Below, one piece after another: positions 39,214 through 45,450 of a stretch of DNA of 45,450 nt; within the stretch, counting starts at the first letter, position 1, and every line of letters starts with the position of its first letter. The notes under the pieces were generated by a model. That model was not told where the DNA came from, did not search any database, and saw only the letters and a list, made by a program, of their open reading frames with translations. Origin of the DNA: Planctomycetaceae bacterium. Its GTDB lineage: Bacteria; Planctomycetota; Planctomycetia; Planctomycetales; Planctomycetaceae. The stretch covers positions 1 through 45,450 of the forward strand of contig JAGQQC010000001.1 in NCBI GenBank assembly GCA_020426395.1, given 5' to 3'. The translations under genes and the position numbers were made by a program.

Positions 39214-40161
39214 TTGAGTATTGTTATCGGAATGGATGAAGCTGGTTATGGTCCGAACCTTGGACCACTCGTGATATCGGTGGTGGCCTGGAAATCTGCA
39301 TGGACTCCCCGGGAAACGGATTTCTGGAGACTATTGGAACCGATCGTCACGCAAACTCCTCAGCGAAATGATGTTCGTTTGCATGTAGCCGATTCCAAAG
39401 CGGTCTATACTCCAGGTCGGGGAATCAAGCAGCTCGAACGCTCCGTTCTGGCTATGCTTGGATTGGTGGGTCAAATGCCTCACACCTTTCGAGAGCTGGT
39501 TCAATTTGTTTCGCCGCATACGCTCGCCGAATTCGCTCTCGAACCGTGGTTTGTGGAGAATGACATTGAGCTTCCCCTATTGAACGAGTCGGAGGAAATT
39601 GCGCAGGTTTCGGAGCGTTGGCGGAAAGAGTGCGAGCAATGCCAACTGGAGCTACTTGGTCTCCGTTCTGATATCGTAGGGACCGTCCGTTTCAATCAGG
39701 AAGTTGAGCGACATCAAAGCAAGGGAGTGGTTCTCTCGCAAGCGACGATCAATCTGCTGCATCAGGTTTGGGAGCCCGTATCACAAGACGTCTGCTGGGT
39801 GATTGGGGACAAGCATGGTGGCCGAAACAGGTACGACGATTTACTGGAGCCGCTGGCGGGGGAGTCAATGATCTTGCGACGGGAAGAAGGAACTCAGCGG
39901 AGCGAATACCGGATTCATCAGACCGACATCCGGTTTCAAACAAAAGCAGAGGCCCATTTTCCGGTAGCCCTGGCTTCGATGCTCTCGAAATATCTGCGAG
40001 AAGTTTCAATGGAACTGTTCAATCGCTATTGGCAATCGCATGTGCCGGACCTGAAGCCGACCAAGGGATATCCGACCGATGCCCGGCGGTTCCGAAAAGA
40101 TGTCGCCGAAGTTCAGCAGGAATTGACCATTCATGACAACTGTTTCTGGCGGTCAAGGTAG
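39214..40161 (+). CDS. Divergent ribonuclease HII-family protein
   Basis: IGMDEAGYGP.LGPLV, ADSK, GDKHGG, VALASMLSK..RE and KGYP.D motifs. TTG start uncertain (39193 or 39214). Confidence 0.75.
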   Translation: MSIVIGMDEAGYGPNLGPLVISVVAWKSAWTPRETDFWRLLEPIVTQTPQRNDVRLHVADSKAVYTPGRGIKQLERSVLAMLGLVGQMPHTFRELVQFVSPHTLAEFALEPWFVENDIELPLLNESEEIAQVSERWRKECEQCQLELLGLRSDIVGTVRFNQEVERHQSKGVVLSQATINLLHQVWEPVSQDVCWVIGDKHGGRNRYDDLLEPLAGESMILRREEGTQRSEYRIHQTDIRFQTKAEAHFPVALASMLSKYLREVSMELFNRYWQSHVPDLKPTKGYPTDARRFRKDVAEVQQELTIHDNCFWRSR

Positions 40162-40341
40162 ATCGGGAGGTTTGGGTGGACCGCTTTTCTGGCTTCGCTT
40201 TCCCGACTTTCCGCATGGCATAAGTCGTCTTACGGCAGAAAAACAGGACTTTTGAAACCTGTTTAACGGCTTCAGGTTACGTGAATTAACGTGGGTGATG
40301 TGCGAGGGAGATAGAGCTCCCCACAGGTGCTCAAAGCGGTA

Positions 40342-40370
40342 TTGACGCACTTTAGCTTATTTCCTACTTT
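40342..40370 (+). promoter_or_regulatory. Candidate sigma70 promoter of the polysaccharide operon
   Basis: TTGACG-17 bp-TACTTT, upstream of the wza-like gene. Confidence 0.5.
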
Positions 40371-40612
40371 TCCGGCCCATTTTGCAAAAATATTTTACAG
40401 GGGGGGCTGCTCGTGTGCTCCAACCTCGGTTCCTCACCGGGAAAAAAGGGGCTCGCAGCAGAGATCAAGTAGTCTGTTAACTTGATCGGAAACCTCCCGT
40501 CGAAAACATTCTGAAGCGGCCGACCTCCCTAATGATTCGACCTGATCAGAAAATAGAAACCCTTTCGTCCAACTTGCGCCAGACCTTCGGTCCGGTTGTG
40601 AGCACGGACTGG

Positions 40613-41716
40613 ATGCGGTGGTTATTCTTCTGCTTTCTACTGTTGTCCTTAACAGGTTGCAGTACCGTTCCCCTATTGACCGGCCAGAAAATCTATCGCC
40701 CCAACACGATGCCGGTGGCGCTGCGAGCCCCGGTGCAGAACAATGCACAAACGGTCGATCTTTCTGAATTTGCGGTGGGTTCGGTCAGCAGCGAGCTGAT
40801 CGACAAGGGCGATGTGATCACCGTCAGTATCTCCTCCGGGCTTGATAAAACAGACACGGCTCAAATTGATACCCGCGTGAACGAAGAAGGAAATATCGAT
40901 CTGCCCATTATCGGTCAGGTTCCGGTAGCGCAGATGGAGTTGATCGACGCAGAAGCCGCCATCGCTGCGGTCGCCATGCAGCGCCGCATCTTCAGAAGTC
41001 CGCATATTACGGTCACCATGAAGAAGCAGCGGGAAAATAAAATTACGGTCATTGGAGCCGTGAACAGCCAGGGAGACTACAACCTTCCCCGAGGCAAAAG
41101 CGATTTGCTATCGGCACTGGTGGCTGCAGGAGGATTGTCGATCGATGCGGGTACGACGGTAGAAATTCGAAATCCCGAAGAAGCAGGTGATTCCAAACCG
41201 CCCAGGTTGCTCGCGGAGAATTCTACAGAAGATCAATCCGGTTTGGTTTCTGCCGGTCATGTCGATCCGGTGTCGAAGCCTTCCTCAAAAGTCACAATCG
41301 ATTTGATCTCAGCCGGTCGCGAAGATGCTCAGAAGTACAAGCTGGGTGATGGAGCGATCGTTCGAGTCGAAAAACGGGATCCCAAGCCTTTACACATTAT
41401 GGGTCTGGTGAATAAACCGGGGCCGCAGGATTATCCGGTATCCAAGCCGATCAAGACGCTCGAAGCCATTGCGCTGGCGGGTGGTATTTCCAATCCGGTG
41501 GCGGACAAAGTGTATGTCATTCGCCAACTGGATGAAGAAGAAAAGCCGGTCGTCATTCAAGTCAGCATGGCCCGAGCCAAGCGGGATGGTGATTGGAATA
41601 TTGAACTTGCCCCGGGGGACATCGTGAGTGTGGAACAGACACCCGCGACTGTCTTTATCGAGGCACTGCGAGTCTTGCCATTCGGTGTGAGTGCGTCACT
41701 CGGTACTTTCTTATAA
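40613..41716 (+). CDS. Polysaccharide export lipoprotein (Wza/OPX family)
   Basis: Lipobox LTGC, Poly_export motif (G.IDLPIIG.V), SLBB repeats (GAVN..G, AGGL, GLV.KPG) and PGDIVSV. Confidence 0.88.
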   Translation: MRWLFFCFLLLSLTGCSTVPLLTGQKIYRPNTMPVALRAPVQNNAQTVDLSEFAVGSVSSELIDKGDVITVSISSGLDKTDTAQIDTRVNEEGNIDLPIIGQVPVAQMELIDAEAAIAAVAMQRRIFRSPHITVTMKKQRENKITVIGAVNSQGDYNLPRGKSDLLSALVAAGGLSIDAGTTVEIRNPEEAGDSKPPRLLAENSTEDQSGLVSAGHVDPVSKPSSKVTIDLISAGREDAQKYKLGDGAIVRVEKRDPKPLHIMGLVNKPGPQDYPVSKPIKTLEAIALAGGISNPVADKVYVIRQLDEEEKPVVIQVSMARAKRDGDWNIELAPGDIVSVEQTPATVFIEALRVLPFGVSASLGTFL

Positions 41717-41801
41717 GCAGAGTAGTTACAGAAGTAATCTGTCTCCAGAATTTACCAGTTAACAATTTCGATCAATCCCCCCTCCCCCAGGATTGTCTTT
41801 C

Positions 41802-44192
41802 ATGAACCCGTATCTCGATCAATCCACTTCGAACGAGAGCAATAGCAATCACGATAATTCCACATCCGCAATGATGGCTCGCGTGATGCGATTTCTGCGC
41901 GTCATTATGTTGCGTAAGAAAATTATCGTGATCTGTGTAATTCTCACTTCGATTGCGGGGGCTTACCGTTATTCGACGCAGACGCCGATGTATCAATCCA
42001 CGGCTCAGTTATTAATTCTGAGTAACGGGGGTTTTGATATGGATGATGTCAGCGGGCAATCCTTATTGAAAAACCAGATGCCGACTTATACGCGTCTGCT
42101 TTCGAGTGACCATGTGCTGCAGGCGGCTGCGGCCCAGCTTCCCCCGGAGCATCAGCTTGATGTCGCCGGAACGCCTATGGAGACTCAGGTCAAAATTCTG
42201 CGCAGTCAATTGAGTACCTCTGTTTCTCCACAGACCAACCTGATTGATATCCGTTTCGTCTCCAAGTCTCCGGAAACCGCAGCGGTAACGATCGACCGGA
42301 TTCTCAAAGCGTATCGTGATTTCATGAATGAAACTCACCAGGACGGGACCAAGAAGTTACTTCAGCTTCTCCAGGATGACCAGAAAAAGCTGGTTGAACA
42401 GTATCAGCAAAACGCGACAGAATTGATCGAACTACAGCGTCGGTCCGATATTCTAATGAATAATGGGAGTGAAACCGTCAGTCTGGTGGGGCAGCGAATT
42501 ATGACGCTCCAGAATTCCTGTATGGAAGCCAAAAACCAGATGATCAAAATGGACTCGCTCATCAAAGTGCTCAAAGAGGCAATTAGTAACGGCAGTAACG
42601 TCCAGCAATACGCGGAACAAATTCTGGGAGCAGGTCCGGTCGGAAATGAGTTGCTCAGTCAGGAACTCGGTTTGCAGGATCGTTTGGTTGTGAGTCGTTT
42701 GCAGGATCAATTGAAGTCGGATCAGGCGGAATTGAAAGGCCTGTTGACGACGTTAGATTACAATCATCCCGATGTGCTGGAACTGACAAACCGAATTAGT
42801 GCTACGGAAGAATCTTTGAAGCAACGGTTGCAAATTGGCAATAACCAATATCATCAGCAACAAAATCGGCAACAGGCCGAACGGTTGTTGAAAATCGCCG
42901 AATTGAAATTGGTGCAGTTGAAGGGAAGTTACGAAGACCTCCTGAAAAGTTATAAAGAAGAAGAAGTGAAGGGGCATGAATCGACGTTGGTCATGTCGTT
43001 GATTAAGCAGAAAGAAATCGATCAGGCCCGATTCATTGAACAGCATGACACTCTGTTGCAAAAAATCCGGGAAGTCGACTTGGATGACCGGGCGAATGTC
43101 CTTACCAAGACGGTCAAACAGCCCGAGATTTCGCGTGATCCCATTTCTCCGAATAAAGTTCGTACCGCCCTGTTCAGTCTGATTCTCGGAGTCGCTTTGG
43201 GGGTCGTGGTGATTGTCGTGCTGGAAGCACTCGATGATCGTTTCCGGTCTCCGGAAGAGATCAAATATCATCTGAATCTGCCTGTCTTGGCGATGGTTCG
43301 CAAGATGGAAGAAACGAGTGGTTATGCAATCGATGCCGTACAGACGCATGTGAATCCGAACAGCGTCGAGTCGGAAGCCTTCCGAACCCTGCGAACGGCA
43401 ATCAGTTTTAATACACATGAGAGTCGGCGATTGTTAGTGACTAGTACGGAGAAGTCGGACGGGAAAACGACCGTCATGGCCAATCTGGCGGTTGCCTTCG
43501 CGCAGGCGAACAAGAAGACATTGATTGTTGATACGGATATGCGTCGCCCCGGGATGACCAATCTCCTCGAATTGAGGAAAGAAGAAGGTTTGTCCAAATT
43601 ATTACGCAGTGACGAACCCGTTGAACATTGTGCCGTGGAACTGATTCACCCCAGTGGGGCTCCGAATCTTGATATTCTTCCCTCGGGAAGTCGGCCGGTT
43701 AATCCATCGGAGTTACTTTCCTCGAATCGGCTCTCCGATTTTCTTTCCTGGGCGGAGACTGTCTACGATCAGATTATTATTGATGCTCCTCCGATTCTGG
43801 CTGTTTCTGATGCCGGTATTGTGGGACGTCTGACCGATACCTTAATTCTCGTCATGCGACCGGATAAGAATCGCCGCGGAATGGTTTACCGTTCTATTGA
43901 AACGTTGCAGATGTTCGGTATTCATATTTCCGGTGTCGTAGTGAACCAGCTCACTCCCAGTCATGGAGGAGACTACTACGGTTATGGTTATGGATATGGT
44001 TATAGTGAAGATTATGGCCACGATGATGATTCTGCAGAGCAAGGTTATCAAGACGACGGCTATCAGGATGATAGCTATACTGATGACGGGTATTCCGGCA
44101 CATCCTCACTGGAGTACGCCAGTTACGAACAAGGTTACGAATCTGGCTATGAAGATGACGACTACGAAGCAAATTCTTACCGCGCTGCCTGA
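41802..44192 (+). CDS. Polysaccharide co-polymerase / BY tyrosine autokinase (Wzc family)
   Basis: Two TM segments flank a coiled-coil periplasmic region. Also P.SP, EAFR.LRT, Walker A DGKTT, A' DTDMRRP, B IIIDAPP and a Tyr-rich tail. Confidence 0.93.
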   Translation: MNPYLDQSTSNESNSNHDNSTSAMMARVMRFLRVIMLRKKIIVICVILTSIAGAYRYSTQTPMYQSTAQLLILSNGGFDMDDVSGQSLLKNQMPTYTRLLSSDHVLQAAAAQLPPEHQLDVAGTPMETQVKILRSQLSTSVSPQTNLIDIRFVSKSPETAAVTIDRILKAYRDFMNETHQDGTKKLLQLLQDDQKKLVEQYQQNATELIELQRRSDILMNNGSETVSLVGQRIMTLQNSCMEAKNQMIKMDSLIKVLKEAISNGSNVQQYAEQILGAGPVGNELLSQELGLQDRLVVSRLQDQLKSDQAELKGLLTTLDYNHPDVLELTNRISATEESLKQRLQIGNNQYHQQQNRQQAERLLKIAELKLVQLKGSYEDLLKSYKEEEVKGHESTLVMSLIKQKEIDQARFIEQHDTLLQKIREVDLDDRANVLTKTVKQPEISRDPISPNKVRTALFSLILGVALGVVVIVVLEALDDRFRSPEEIKYHLNLPVLAMVRKMEETSGYAIDAVQTHVNPNSVESEAFRTLRTAISFNTHESRRLLVTSTEKSDGKTTVMANLAVAFAQANKKTLIVDTDMRRPGMTNLLELRKEEGLSKLLRSDEPVEHCAVELIHPSGAPNLDILPSGSRPVNPSELLSSNRLSDFLSWAETVYDQIIIDAPPILAVSDAGIVGRLTDTLILVMRPDKNRRGMVYRSIETLQMFGIHISGVVVNQLTPSHGGDYYGYGYGYGYSEDYGHDDDSAEQGYQDDGYQDDSYTDDGYSGTSSLEYASYEQGYESGYEDDDYEANSYRAA

Positions 44193-44251
44193 GTGTTCGG
44201 CATGAGCCAATCTCAGGAACCGTATCACAGCCTGACAGGGAAAAGAGTTCC

Positions 44252-45448
44252 ATGTCCTCCACAAGTCCCCGGCGAGCCCAGAAAAAACGGATGTTGAAGT
44301 CACCCTTTCAACAGCAGTTGATTCAGGGTACGGACTTAGGCTTGCTCTCGGCGATCTTTCTGGTTCCCCTTTTTCTGGGTGGACGTTTGGGATCGGGACA
44401 GGTGGCCTTGTTCGCCACGGCGGGAGTCATGACGCTTTGTTGGCTGATCTATCAGGCGTTGGACGAAACGCCCAAATATCGAGTCACCCGGTTCGAACCG
44501 ATTCTTATTCTGGTCGCGCTGTTAGTCTGGCTCCAATGTGCTCCTCTTTCGCCCGAGTGGATATCTCGAATATCACCTAAAGGGTCCGAGATATTAACCC
44601 TGTGGCAAGGAGCAGACGCGACTACTTATGATCTCGGCAACTGGTCTACAATTTCGCTAAGTCCGGCCGCGACTCGACAGGGCTTGCTCTTTCTCTTTGC
44701 TTATGCATTGATCTTCGTGGTAACGGCACAGCGATTAGGGCATGTGGTGGATGTTGAGAAAGTCTTCCGCTGGATGGCTCTGGCCGCAGTCGGAATGGCG
44801 GGGCTTGGGCTGGCACAATATTTCTTTGGCAACGGAAAGTTTTTGTGGTCTTACGAACATCCGACCATCACAACAGATGGTTCCGCTAAAGGAAGTTTTA
44901 CGAACGGGAACCATTTCGCTCATTTCCTGATGCTAGGATCCGGGCCCCTGCTCTGGTGGTTCATGAAGGAATCGGAGGAGGGAACAGAGACGAAATCGCG
45001 TCGATCGAGTCGTCGCCGGGAATTTCAACATCAGGGAAATCGTCCCCTGCTTTCGTTTGTCTTGCTGGCTGGATTAGGGTTGGTCTTCTTTGCCGTTTTA
45101 ATGGGATTAACTCGTGGTGGAGTGGCGGCACTGGGTATTTCACTCATCGTGTACCTCTTCGTCTGTTGGGTCCGAGGTTTTATCTCCGCCCGGATGATGG
45201 CGGGGCTGACGGCGGGGGGAGCTTTTGCTATCGCGGGGCTCTTTCTATACGGAATGGATCAGGTTTCTACGAATCTTGACGACTGGGATGTCGATCGCTG
45301 GCTGATTTGGGAAGCTAACCTGAAGATGGCCGAGGATTACCCTGTTCTGGGAACAGGGCTTGGAAGCCATTTCCACAGTTACCGAAGTTATCTGAATACG
45401 CCCCTGTTCGAGTCTCGTTTTACGCATGCAGAGAGTGGATATCTGCAG
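44252..45448 (+). CDS. O-antigen ligase/polymerase (Wzy_C) family membrane protein (3' partial; absent from the ORF track)
   Basis: Translated by hand from ATG 44252 (MSSTSPRRAQ...): VPLFLGGR, GSFTNGNHFA, LTRGG, R..IW.AN....DYPVLGTGLGS and FTHAESGYLQ. Runs off the window end. Confidence 0.88.
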   Translation, partial: MSSTSPRRAQKKRMLKSPFQQQLIQGTDLGLLSAIFLVPLFLGGRLGSGQVALFATAGVMTLCWLIYQALDETPKYRVTRFEPILILVALLVWLQCAPLSPEWISRISPKGSEILTLWQGADATTYDLGNWSTISLSPAATRQGLLFLFAYALIFVVTAQRLGHVVDVEKVFRWMALAAVGMAGLGLAQYFFGNGKFLWSYEHPTITTDGSAKGSFTNGNHFAHFLMLGSGPLLWWFMKESEEGTETKSRRSSRRREFQHQGNRPLLSFVLLAGLGLVFFAVLMGLTRGGVAALGISLIVYLFVCWVRGFISARMMAGLTAGGAFAIAGLFLYGMDQVSTNLDDWDVDRWLIWEANLKMAEDYPVLGTGLGSHFHSYRSYLNTPLFESRFTHAESGYLQ

Positions 45449-45450
45449 GT

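Noticed and set aside
44202-44297. Short ORF from ATG 44202 as start of the ligase gene or a leader peptide
   Set aside because: It stops after 31 codons in a different frame. The ligase frame starts at 44252, and there is no supporting evidence.

Overview
A ~45 kb chromosomal segment, inferred to come from a planctomycete (probably Planctomycetaceae) on the basis of its ECF sigma/kinase pair, giant PQQ-propeller/TPR protein, BNR glycosidase and prenyltransferase-repeat protein. It is mostly housekeeping: PPi-type pfk, accC/accB, Xaa-Pro peptidase, larB, nnrD, lepA, ROK kinase, beta-carbonic anhydrase, recQ, gltX, parB, cydAB, an RNase HII-like gene, and the start of a wza-wzc-O-antigen ligase/polymerase polysaccharide locus. 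I found no rRNA, tRNA, CRISPR array or transposase. The best candidate for an undescribed system is the co-oriented block at 2-6451. It contains a PspA/ESCRT-III-like coiled-coil protein with an N-terminal hydrophobic anchor, a degenerate tandem-FHA protein, two tandem PLDc_N micro-membrane proteins, a Ser/Thr kinase fused to a polytopic membrane domain, and a translationally coupled His-rich membrane protein. Together these may form a phosphorylation-controlled envelope-stress or membrane-remodelling module. Other notable items are an ECF sigma-kinase pair that keeps the canonical DAED motif, a REPIN-like inverted doublet, CydA loop insertions, a 17-Tyr Wzc tail and recurrent C-terminal Ala-Ala ends. 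All calls come from reading motifs by eye; no searches were run.
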